Assembly: GCA_041658255.1 (NCBI GenBank)
Contig: JBBAAQ010000006.1
Span: 1,005-65,004 of the forward strand
Length of the DNA: 64,000 nucleotides
Source: Candidatus Woesearchaeota archaeon
Lineage (GTDB): Archaea > Nanobdellota > Nanobdellia > Woesearchaeales > UBA9642
Direction of reading: 5' to 3'
Shown: positions 26,937-35,938 of the stretch, one piece after another
Position numbering within the stretch: the first letter of the stretch is position 1
Layout of the letters: each line of letters starts with the position of its first letter
Translations under genes and position numbers: made by a program
Notes under the pieces: generated by a model
Databases searched by the model: none
What the model saw: the letters and a program-made list of their open reading frames with translations, nothing else
Told to the model about the DNA's origin: nothing

Positions 26937-27041
26937 TCAAAAACTGCGGACTAAAGTCCGCAGCGTGCAGTTTTTGATCACTCGAAAATCTGCACGCTTG
27001 CTCACGAGCTAAAGCGAGGAGCGTGCGCGTGCAAGATTTTC
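26937..27041. repeat. two adjacent GC-rich palindromic units (26937-26977 and 26984-27041)
   Basis: Unit 1: tcaaaaactgc/gcagtttttga (11 bp) enclosing ctgcggac-taaa-gtccgcag. Unit 2: gaaaatctgcacgc/gcgtgca(a)gattttc. Both have CTAAAG at the centre. Confidence 0.65.
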
Positions 27042-27114
27042 TCTGTGTCAAGGATGCGATAAAGGAGCGAAGAACAATACATGGTATAAAATACCTCGTT
27101 TATGAAAGGAAACA

Positions 27115-27123
27115 TTTATAAAT
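27115..27123 (+). promoter_or_regulatory. TATA box for the AAA+ ATPase gene
   Basis: tttataaat lies 21-29 nt before the ATG at 27144. Confidence 0.5.
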
Positions 27124-27143
27124 AGTTTCCTTCTATATATATC

Positions 27144-28424
27144 ATGAATATGCAATATTGGGCTAAACTCATTAAAGATTGGAATGAATCCACATTACCG
27201 GTATTAATAACCCGGCAAATAACTATCCCTTTGGAATTGACGATAAATAGGGCTTTTTCACTCATAGGACCTCGGCGTGCAGGCAAGACTTCTGAAATGT
27301 TAATGCTCGCCAAAAATATTTCTGAAAAAAAAGGCAGAGATAAAACTATTTACATAAATTTTGAACGTGCAGATCTGGGAGCATTACATTCAAAAGATTT
27401 AGTATCACTTCTCGATGCATATCAACAAGTTTTTCCTAAAAATAAAAAAGAAGACTTATGGTTATTTTTAGATGAAATACAAAACGTGATTCAATGGGAA
27501 TTATTTGTAAGAACATGTATTGACCAAAAAATCAAAGTAATCATTACAGGATCTTCTTCCAAACTCTTAAGCAAAGAACTTGCAACAAGTATGAGCGGTA
27601 GAAATTTATCTTACAATATATTCCCACTTTCATTTAAAGAATTTTTAGCATTTAAATCATTCAATATACCTAAATTATTATCTTCAAAAGAAGAAGCAAC
27701 CATTCTTAATTATTTTGATGAATATCTTAATTTTGGCGGCTACCCTGAAGTCGCGCTTTATCCTTCTGAGAAAGAAAGAATTTTGAGGGACATTTTTGAT
27801 ACCGCGATATTACGAGATGTTATTGAACGACATAAAATTAGAAATGTTTTTTTAATGAAGACACTCATAAAAGCACTCTTGTCGTCTAAAGAATTTTCTG
27901 CAAATAAATTTTATAATTATTTGAAATCGCAACAAATAAAATCAAGTAAAGATGCAATATATAAATATGTAAATTATTTAGAAGATTCCTTTTTTATCTT
28001 TATGCTTAATAAATTTTCATTATCGTATAAAAAATCCGAACAATCACTTCCTAAAGTATATTTCGTAGATAATGGATTATTAAGAATACATGCAGTAGAT
28101 GATAAAGGAAGACTACTCGAAAACACAGTATTTGTAGAATTACTCAGGAGAAATAAAGATATTGCCTATTATCAAACTACAACCAGGAATGAAGTGGATT
28201 TTATCATAAAAAATGGTAAAAAAGTCGAACAACTTATTCAGGTGTGTTATAACCTGTCAGATTTTCAAACAAGAGATAGGGAAATACGTTCATTACTCGC
28301 GGTAAGCAAAGAATTTTCATGCAACGATTTATTAATACTATCCATGGATCAAGAGGAAGAAATAACAATCGAAGACAAAAACATAAAAGTCTTGCCGGTA
28401 TGGAAATGGCTTATGGAAAAGTAA
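27144..28424 (+). CDS. AAA+ ATPase of the COG1373 type (AAA_14 + DUF4143-like C-terminal domain)
   Basis: Walker A GPRRAGKTS, Walker B LFLDEIQ, and a C-terminal NEVDFII...IQV nuclease-fold-like segment. Confidence 0.7.
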   Translation: MNMQYWAKLIKDWNESTLPVLITRQITIPLELTINRAFSLIGPRRAGKTSEMLMLAKNISEKKGRDKTIYINFERADLGALHSKDLVSLLDAYQQVFPKNKKEDLWLFLDEIQNVIQWELFVRTCIDQKIKVIITGSSSKLLSKELATSMSGRNLSYNIFPLSFKEFLAFKSFNIPKLLSSKEEATILNYFDEYLNFGGYPEVALYPSEKERILRDIFDTAILRDVIERHKIRNVFLMKTLIKALLSSKEFSANKFYNYLKSQQIKSSKDAIYKYVNYLEDSFFIFMLNKFSLSYKKSEQSLPKVYFVDNGLLRIHAVDDKGRLLENTVFVELLRRNKDIAYYQTTTRNEVDFIIKNGKKVEQLIQVCYNLSDFQTRDREIRSLLAVSKEFSCNDLLILSMDQEEEITIEDKNIKVLPVWKWLMEK

Positions 28425-28448
28425 TATGTTTCTATCTTCAGAATTAGC

Positions 28449-28514
28449 CGATAACTATAACCAATCATAACTATACTCACAGACAATAATATTTATACTA
28501 AATGTTGTCTGTTC
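28449..28514 (+). repeat. 66-nt direct repeat, right copy (partner 26805-26870)
   Basis: 64/66 identical. Starts 25 nt after the ATPase stop codon. Confidence 0.85.
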
Positions 28515-28605
28515 AACGAAACCAAAGGTTTCGAGTATTCACAACTATGTGAGCCTGCTCAGCAAATACGCAAACTTTAAATATTCTCGTCTGATTCGTT
28601 AGTAT

Positions 28606-31029
28606 ATGGAATCATGTCAATCGCCGCTCACCGAGAAGAATTGGACTAAAGAGGTCGAAAAAGAGATCTACACTGAGTGGAAAGACACTAAACGTTATGC
28701 ATTCAATAAGTTATCAAAAAAACCTGTTTATTCTATTGACACACCGCCGCCGTATGTGAATACTCCAATTCATGTTGGTCAGGCAACAACCTATGTGTTT
28801 ATGGATATGTTTGCACGATTTAAGCGCATGACTGGTCACGAGATTGTATTTCCATTAGGGCTTGATCGTAATGGTCTGCCCATCGAAATGGCTGCTGAAA
28901 AAGAGTTCAATGTCAAACTCACGCAAACTCCCCGTGAACAATTCATCGAGTATTGTCATAAGGTACTTGCGCAATCAACAATGGCGTCTGTTGAATCATT
29001 CTTACGTTTAGGTATTGGATTTAATTCCTGGGAAAAAAATAGTGATGTTGGTGCAGTCTATGAGACCGATAGTCCGGAATATCGTGCATTAACGCAGGAA
29101 ACATTTATTGACCTTTGGAATAAAGGGCTCATCTATGAGGATTATCGCACAAATAATTGGTGTCCCGGATGCCAGACAACACTTGCAGACGCAGAAATTG
29201 ATTACAGCGAACTTCCCTCATTTTTTAATGATATCAAATTCAAGGTCCAGGAAACTGGCGAGGATATGATTATCGCAACAACCCGTCCAGAACTTATCTG
29301 CACCTGTGAAATGATTTGTTATAATCCTAAAGACGAACGTTACATGCATCTTGAAGGTAAACATGCAGTGACGCCGATTTTTGAAAAAATTGTTCCCATC
29401 AAAGCAGACCCTGTTGCGCAGATGGATAAAGGATCCGGTCTCATGATGATGTGTTCATTCGGTGATGTTACTGATATTCGATTCTTCCGGGATAATGGAC
29501 TAAAACCTACGATTGCAATCAATAAAGACGGTACATTGAATGAACATGCAGGGTTTTTGCAAGGATTAAAGATTAAGGACGCACAAAAAAAACTTGTTGG
29601 AGAATTGAATACCCGGGGACTTCTGGTTAAACAGACCAGGATTACACATCGCACGCCGATTTGTGAACGCAGTAAAGATCCGATAGAATTTATTGGCATG
29701 AAAGAGTTCTATCTTAAACAATTAGATTTCAAACATCATATGATGAAGATTGCCAAAGAAATCAATTTTTATGCTCCTGAATCACGAAAGATATTGATTG
29801 ATTGGATCAATTCAGTATCTATAGACTGGCCAATATCGCGGCGCAGATATTATGCGACTGAAATGCCGCTCTGGTATTGCAAGAAATGTAATCACCCTGT
29901 TGTTCCACTCAAAGTAAAAGGCAAGGAAAGATATTATCAGCCCTGGAAAGAAGCTTGCCCAATTGAGAAATGCCCTAAATGTTCTCATACTGAATTTATT
30001 GGAGAAGAACGCGTCTTTGACACGTGGTTCGATAGCAGTATCAGTCCATTATATATCTTAAAGTATGGTCGTGATGATGTATTCTTTAATGCGCATACAC
30101 CTTGTTCACTTCGGCCCCAAGGTAAAGAAATCATCCGAACCTGGCTGTATTACACACTTCTCAAAGATTATTTATTGACAGGTAAATGTATTTTTAATGA
30201 TGTCTGGATCAATTACCATATTGTTGATGAGAATGGGAAGAAGATGTCAAAATCTGCAGGCAACGGTATTAATCCGCAAGACATTCTTAATCGGTTTGGC
30301 GCGGAGCCTTTTAGACTTTGGGCTGCACTTGAAGGAAATCTTGAAAAAACAGATTTCAGATGCTCGCTTGAACGTATTGAGGGTAGTGGGAAAACGATTT
30401 CTAAATTATGGAATGTTGCAAAATTCATCTCCATGTTTTCGCATGCAGAATTCAAGGATTTACATGAAGCAGAAAAACATTTGACTGAACTTGATCGCTG
30501 GATATTGAATGAACTTAATCATGTGACACGTAAAGCGCACGAATGTTACCCAAAATATGATTTTCATAATCCGATGGTTGATATCCGGCACTTTATCTGG
30601 GAAGAATTTGCCTCGCACTATATTGAACTTGTAAAGAACAGGGCCTATAATCAGAACAAGGAATTCAGTAAGGATGCACAACACGCAGCGATTTATACAC
30701 TCAATTATGTTTTGAAAACATTACTTAATCTAATGGCACCGGTATTGCCGCTTATCACGTATAAGATCTATCATGCGTTATACGGAAAAGATATTCATTT
30801 CGAGACATTCGCAGAGGTCCAAAAACAGTTTGAAGCGCATCTTACTATTGAAGATATCACTGCATTGAATAGTTTCATCTGGAAGAGTAAAAAGGACCAG
30901 GCAAAAAGCTTGAAAGAGCCGGTGACTCTACTAGTCGTTGATCAAAAATTTAAATTAATCCAACACGATCTGATTTCCGCACACAATGTAAAGAAGTTAG
31001 AATTCGGGGAGCAAAGGATTGAATTGTAG
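28606..31029 (+). CDS. valS: valyl-tRNA synthetase (archaeal type) with an HVGQ variant of the HIGH motif
   Basis: DTPPPYVNTPIHVGQ, LGLDRNGLPIE, DWPISRRRYY and KMSKS match the remembered archaeal ValRS pattern. Confidence 0.75.
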   Translation: MESCQSPLTEKNWTKEVEKEIYTEWKDTKRYAFNKLSKKPVYSIDTPPPYVNTPIHVGQATTYVFMDMFARFKRMTGHEIVFPLGLDRNGLPIEMAAEKEFNVKLTQTPREQFIEYCHKVLAQSTMASVESFLRLGIGFNSWEKNSDVGAVYETDSPEYRALTQETFIDLWNKGLIYEDYRTNNWCPGCQTTLADAEIDYSELPSFFNDIKFKVQETGEDMIIATTRPELICTCEMICYNPKDERYMHLEGKHAVTPIFEKIVPIKADPVAQMDKGSGLMMMCSFGDVTDIRFFRDNGLKPTIAINKDGTLNEHAGFLQGLKIKDAQKKLVGELNTRGLLVKQTRITHRTPICERSKDPIEFIGMKEFYLKQLDFKHHMMKIAKEINFYAPESRKILIDWINSVSIDWPISRRRYYATEMPLWYCKKCNHPVVPLKVKGKERYYQPWKEACPIEKCPKCSHTEFIGEERVFDTWFDSSISPLYILKYGRDDVFFNAHTPCSLRPQGKEIIRTWLYYTLLKDYLLTGKCIFNDVWINYHIVDENGKKMSKSAGNGINPQDILNRFGAEPFRLWAALEGNLEKTDFRCSLERIEGSGKTISKLWNVAKFISMFSHAEFKDLHEAEKHLTELDRWILNELNHVTRKAHECYPKYDFHNPMVDIRHFIWEEFASHYIELVKNRAYNQNKEFSKDAQHAAIYTLNYVLKTLLNLMAPVLPLITYKIYHALYGKDIHFETFAEVQKQFEAHLTIEDITALNSFIWKSKKDQAKSLKEPVTLLVVDQKFKLIQHDLISAHNVKKLEFGEQRIEL

Positions 31030-31039
31030 AAAATAACAT

Positions 31040-31194
31040 GTGTTCAAGATCTCGCTTCCGCTCGACTTTTTTAGCACCGGTTCGCATTCTGATATTTTAT
31101 CAGTGGCAAAAATTCCTCTTGGGATATCCTTTTTGCAAGAATAATAATTCTAAGATGCTCACAAACAGGTGCTAAAAAAATATTTTTTGAACAC
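31040..31194. repeat. long-range nested inverted repeat in the valS / PPIase intergenic gap
   Basis: Outer arms gtgttcaa (31040-47) / ttgaacac (31187-94). Inner arms ttttttagcacc (31067-78) / ggtgctaaaaaa (31168-79). Further internal small hairpins. Confidence 0.55.
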
Positions 31195-31266
31195 ACCAAA
31201 AATAATAACCTTTATATATCCTCTATAAGTTCTGTTTCTACCCAAGAGTTTAGAGGAGGGTTTGTG

Positions 31267-32961
31267 ATGGATGAAAAGAATAAGATTGTTTCTGACGAGT
31301 CTAATATCAATCAATTAAATAAGAATTTTCAAGAGACAGATGCGAGTGAACCGGATCCTGTTATTGAAGAATATACTGATACAGATTCAGCATCAGTGTT
31401 GGATAAACCTGTACAAAAGGCAGAGAAGGTGGCAAAGGCGCCTGCGCCTGCTAAATCTGTTTCCAAGTCTGCCAGTAAATCTACTCCTGCACCAGTCAAA
31501 TCTGCTGCTAAGCCAACAACTAAAACTCCCACTCCTACGCCTAAAATGTCGCGTAAACCAGAACAAAAAAAAGCGCCGGTTCCTAGATCTGCGCGGAGAA
31601 CTACGATGAAACATTCAAAATCTGTACACACTGTTGAAAAGAAATCTAAATCAGAAAAAAAGAGTCATATGTGGCTTTGGGTCGTACTCGGAGTCATTGT
31701 CGTGGTAGGAATCATCGTCCTTTTAATATTCTTATTCGCAAAGAATACTCCGGTCATCAATACGCAAGAAACTCCTGTTGCAGCGATTGTCAATAGTGAA
31801 CCCATCTACGCAAAAGCTATTGAACAGCAATATAATAATATGAATCCCGCAATGCAGCAATTATACTCTAAAGAAGCTATTTTAAACCAATCCATTACTG
31901 AAAAGCTCTTATTGCAAGAAGCAAAAAAATTGAATCTTCAAGTTACGAGTGACGAGATAAAAGCAGATATTGACACTATCAAAAAATCCAATGGATTGAC
32001 TGATGACGCATTTCAAACAATCCTTGAACAACAAAATCTCACGCAAAAAGATGTTGAACTCATCATCTTTAACCAACGTATGATTATGAAATTAGTCAAT
32101 ACTACTATTATCCCACAAGTAGTTATTACTGAAGCGCAAATCCAGGCATATTATGCAACAAATACTGCAAAATTCAAAGATGCACAAAAAGTAACTGTCC
32201 AACAGATTCTTATTCTCGTAACCCCGAATGTTACTGAAGCGAATGCAAAGACGAAAATTGATGCAATCAAGAAAGAACTTACGGCAAGTAATTTTTGTGA
32301 TCTTGTTGTTAAATATACGCAGGATCCGGGTAGCAAAAATACCTGCGGCGAATATACGTTCGGACGCGGGGTTATGGTCCCAGAATTTGAGCAAGCATCA
32401 TTTAGTATGAAGATTGGTGATGTCACAACAACAAAGACTGATTATGGATGGCATCTTATCAAGAAACTTAATGAGACACCTGCACGAACACTTCCATTAA
32501 CTGACGTCTACGATGCAATCAATAAAACACTTTCTGATGGGAAAACCCAGGAATTATTTGATGCAGTTGTCGCAACATTACACAAAAATGCAAATATTAC
32601 TATCTATATGTATGGCCCAACTGTGGAGAATACCTCAACAACCGCAAATACTGTCACAACGCCAGCAGTTCTTGGAACAGACAAAGTTGTAACCCTCGCA
32701 AAATGCTTAACAGAAAAGGGTGTACTATTCTATGGCGCTTATTGGTGTACGCATTGTGCTAATCAGAAACAGATGTTTGGCGATGCATTAATCTATATCA
32801 CGTATGTTGAATGCGCAGATCCCGACAATGCGCAGACACAGACACCTGAATGCACTGCTGCAGGAATTTCCGGCTATCCTACATGGATCATCAATAGCAA
32901 AAAATATCCTGGCGAACAACCACTTGAGAAACTTGCACAATTATCAGGATGCAGTTATTAA
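31267..32961 (+). CDS. membrane-anchored PpiC-type peptidyl-prolyl isomerase fused to a C-terminal thioredoxin-like (CxxC) domain, with a basic K/P/A-rich N-terminal tail
   Basis: Rotamase motif GEYTFGRGVMVPEFEQASF...DYGWHLIK. Trx-like segment FYGAYWCTHCANQKQMFG...GISGYPTWII. One TM segment, WLWVVLGVIVVVGIIVLLIFLF. Confidence 0.7.
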   Translation: MDEKNKIVSDESNINQLNKNFQETDASEPDPVIEEYTDTDSASVLDKPVQKAEKVAKAPAPAKSVSKSASKSTPAPVKSAAKPTTKTPTPTPKMSRKPEQKKAPVPRSARRTTMKHSKSVHTVEKKSKSEKKSHMWLWVVLGVIVVVGIIVLLIFLFAKNTPVINTQETPVAAIVNSEPIYAKAIEQQYNNMNPAMQQLYSKEAILNQSITEKLLLQEAKKLNLQVTSDEIKADIDTIKKSNGLTDDAFQTILEQQNLTQKDVELIIFNQRMIMKLVNTTIIPQVVITEAQIQAYYATNTAKFKDAQKVTVQQILILVTPNVTEANAKTKIDAIKKELTASNFCDLVVKYTQDPGSKNTCGEYTFGRGVMVPEFEQASFSMKIGDVTTTKTDYGWHLIKKLNETPARTLPLTDVYDAINKTLSDGKTQELFDAVVATLHKNANITIYMYGPTVENTSTTANTVTTPAVLGTDKVVTLAKCLTEKGVLFYGAYWCTHCANQKQMFGDALIYITYVECADPDNAQTQTPECTAAGISGYPTWIINSKKYPGEQPLEKLAQLSGCSY

Positions 32962-32969
32962 TTTTTTTT

Positions 32970-33248
32970 TTAATTTGTTTTTTCTATCTTATTTTCAAGA
33001 TCGCTTATTTTTTTCGTAAATTCTTTTTGAGCTTTTCTTCTTGCATAGAATGATACGCAATACGGTAAAATAAATGGTACTGTTGCTTTTAGTGTTCCTC
33101 CTATTAAATGTCCTGTTGCAAAATCTTGGTATATCCCTTCGAAATGTTGACTGTTTATTGCAGCAGAGTATAGATGTATTCCTGTACCTACGACACCCGC
33201 AATTTTCAAGCAACTTGTATCGTATAAATTCTTTATATTGTAATCCAT
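32970..33248 (-). CDS. hypothetical small protein
   Basis: Non-overlapped 92-aa ORF. Confidence 0.35.
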   Translation of the reverse strand: MDYNIKNLYDTSCLKIAGVVGTGIHLYSAAINSQHFEGIYQDFATGHLIGGTLKATVPFILPYCVSFYARRKAQKEFTKKISDLENKIEKTN

Positions 33249-33463
33249 ACAATATGCTAAAACGAATCTATTTATATATTTTACTATTTATTGGTGGTAA
33301 TTGTTATGGTGTGTCTTTCCGGAAACATCTCTGCACCTTATCTTCAGTAGCGTTACACTAAAATCAATCCTCATAGATGATATAACACTAATTTCGACTG
33401 CGCCTTGCCCAACGAAAAGTTTATAAACATCGTGGGCTCATATCGTTAAAAGAGGTTTTCCAA

Positions 33464-34180
33464 ATGGGCATGTTTAAAGCAAAGAAAAGCGATCTTGCTT
33501 CTGGGCCTGATATCCCTCTTGACCAAGTCAATGCGATGAAGACGCAAGGATACTCGAATAATCAAATTATCCAATCACTCCAACGTGACGGGTATACGTC
33601 GAGTCAGATATTTGACGCGATTTCACAATCAGAGATGACTAATAAAGTCCCTTCACAGAATTCATTTAACCAACAACAAAATATTATGCAACAAGCAGAA
33701 CAAATACAAATGCCATCACCTATGCAACAACAAGGAATGAATATGCCACAAATGCAGGGAATGCCGATGATGGGCAATAGGGGAATGGCAGGGCCTTCAA
33801 CTGAAGAAATTGTTGAAGCGATCATTGATGAAAAATGGAATGAACTTGTCAAGGATATCAATAAGATTATCGAGTGGAAACAGAAGGCAGATGTGCGGCT
33901 TGGTTCAATGGAACAACAGATTACTGATCTTAAAGAACAATTCGATAAATTACATCAGGCGATCCTTGGAAAAATCGGCGATTACGACAAGAACATGATG
34001 GATGTCGGTGCAGAACTCCAGGCCATGGAAAAAGTATTCTCAAAAGTTCTTCCCGGATTTGTTGATAATGTGAATGAATTGACGAGGATTACTGATAAGA
34101 TGAAGAGTGCTGAGAAAATAAAATCTGCACCTCTTGCAAAGTCAAAGAAATTTGTTGAAAAAGACGAAGACGATTCTTAG
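33464..34180 (+). CDS. hypothetical protein: N-terminal helical motif, Q/M-rich linker, C-terminal coiled coil
   Basis: Non-overlapped ORF. Low-complexity run QQQNIMQQAEQIQMPSPMQQQGMNMPQMQGMPMMG. Heptad-like C-terminal half. Confidence 0.5.
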   Translation: MGMFKAKKSDLASGPDIPLDQVNAMKTQGYSNNQIIQSLQRDGYTSSQIFDAISQSEMTNKVPSQNSFNQQQNIMQQAEQIQMPSPMQQQGMNMPQMQGMPMMGNRGMAGPSTEEIVEAIIDEKWNELVKDINKIIEWKQKADVRLGSMEQQITDLKEQFDKLHQAILGKIGDYDKNMMDVGAELQAMEKVFSKVLPGFVDNVNELTRITDKMKSAEKIKSAPLAKSKKFVEKDEDDS

Positions 34181-34285
34181 TTACATTGTTTCTTTTTTGT
34201 TGTTCTCCACTAGATTTTATAAATTCACTCCTTTAAAATAGTCTCACATAGTTAAATTTATAAAGGAATATGCGTTTATCCCTGC

Positions 34286-35779
34286 ATGAAAACTCACCTC
34301 GCACTACCTAAAGACATCGAAAATTATGTGAAAAACAATACTCCTAACGCAGAAGGAGTCTGGAATTATTTCAATGACATAAGGCAGATTCCGCGCCTCT
34401 CCACAAAGGAAGCTGCGATGATGCAATATATTATCGAGTTCGCAGAAAAAAATTCTTTTGATTATGATGCTGATGCTACGGGGAATCTTGTAGTGAGAGT
34501 CCCTTCGAATAATGGGAGTAATAATACTGTTTGTCTTCAAAGCCATATGGATATGGTTGCTGATGTAGCAAAGGGATCAACATTTGATTTTTATAAAGAT
34601 ACTATCGAACTTGTATTAGATAATGGGTGGATAACTGCAAAAAATACTTCGCTTGGAGCGGATAACGGGATGGGAATAGCAAATGCACTCAATATCGCAA
34701 CCGATAATAGTGTTAAACATCCAAATCTTGAAATACTCTGTACGGTAAACGAAGAGACCGGATGTAATGGTGCTGATGCACTTGGCCTAAAATTAGAATC
34801 TAAATATTTAATAAATATTGACTCAGAAGATGGGCCCGTCATTTATAATGGATGTGCAGGTTCAATTACATTAAACGGAAAACTTTCTGCAAAACCTGAA
34901 ATAAAATCTGATGGGTGTTACAAATTAACAGTGAGCGGTCTTAAGGGCGGTCATTCTGGAATAGAGATTCATGAAGACAGGGGAAATGCATTCTCCATAG
35001 TAGGAAAATTGTTAGAAAGAATAGTTGCCGAATATAAGGACAGATTTCATATTATTGCGGTAAACGGCGAAGAAAAACAGGCTCGAAATAAAATTCCTAA
35101 ATATGCTGAAGTTTCATTTATGCTACCACCTTTTGAAACAGTTAATTCATTAAGTCACAAATATATAAAGCATATTATTAAAAGAATGTCTGATGCAGAT
35201 ATACTCTCCTTACGATATGCTGGTATAGATATACAACTAAACGCAACAGATCATGGCGAATACTTGGCGTTTTCAAACAAGGTATCAAAAGACATTGTTG
35301 GTCTAATGAATTCTGACCATAGTGGAGTATATTCTTGGGCAATTACAGGAGAGGTACCACACACATCAAGTAATCTTGGTGTTATGAAAACAACAGAGAA
35401 CGGTATTGAAATAACAGACATGATACGATCGACTCTACCTCAAGAATTGGAAATAAGATATGACGAGTTACAACGATTATTTTTAGAATATGGGTTTGAA
35501 CCAAAAATAGAAGGTCGTATGGACCCGTGGAATCCAGTTGAATCCCATCTTTTGGATACAGCGAAAGAAGTTGGAAACAGTGTTTATTCTGAAGGAATAA
35601 AAGTCAAAGTAGTTCATGCTGGGCTTGAGTGCGGGATTATCCAACTAAAGTTTCCCGGCATGGAAGCAATATCGATTGGTCCAGAAATGTTACATGTTCA
35701 TACATTTAACGAGCGAGTCAATATCGATTCAGTCGGGAAAACTTACGATTTATTGAAAAAAATAGTCGAAAGATTTTAA
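34286..35779 (+). CDS. pepD: aminoacyl-histidine dipeptidase (PepD, M20 family)
   Basis: N-terminal FNDIRQIPRLSTKE, plus HMDMV and VNEETGCNGA metal-ligand motifs. Confidence 0.75.
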   Translation: MKTHLALPKDIENYVKNNTPNAEGVWNYFNDIRQIPRLSTKEAAMMQYIIEFAEKNSFDYDADATGNLVVRVPSNNGSNNTVCLQSHMDMVADVAKGSTFDFYKDTIELVLDNGWITAKNTSLGADNGMGIANALNIATDNSVKHPNLEILCTVNEETGCNGADALGLKLESKYLINIDSEDGPVIYNGCAGSITLNGKLSAKPEIKSDGCYKLTVSGLKGGHSGIEIHEDRGNAFSIVGKLLERIVAEYKDRFHIIAVNGEEKQARNKIPKYAEVSFMLPPFETVNSLSHKYIKHIIKRMSDADILSLRYAGIDIQLNATDHGEYLAFSNKVSKDIVGLMNSDHSGVYSWAITGEVPHTSSNLGVMKTTENGIEITDMIRSTLPQELEIRYDELQRLFLEYGFEPKIEGRMDPWNPVESHLLDTAKEVGNSVYSEGIKVKVVHAGLECGIIQLKFPGMEAISIGPEMLHVHTFNERVNIDSVGKTYDLLKKIVERF

Positions 35780-35938
35780 TTTATTTTATAAAAGAAATCA
35801 CAATTATTTTTTTACCATACACGAGCAAATTTACTCGCATTTACTAAGAAGAAAATTACGTGTAATAAAAGTTATATGCAATCCGTCTCCGTCCACCTTA
35901 ACGAAACCTTTATAATTTATTCTTCATTACATAATCAT

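Larger units (their letters stand above)
26805..28514 (+). mobile_element. candidate inserted cassette: 66-nt direct repeats bracketing GC-rich palindromes plus an AAA+ ATPase gene
   Basis: Direct repeats at both ends and a single cargo gene with its own TATA box. No recombinase gene is present. Confidence 0.3.

Noticed and set aside
16405-28514. Idea that the hairpin elements are integron attC sites or that the repeat-bounded genes are integron cassettes
   Set aside because: There are no RYYYAAC / GTTRRRY core sites at the element ends, no intI-like integrase, and the cargo genes are not arrayed in one orientation behind a common site.
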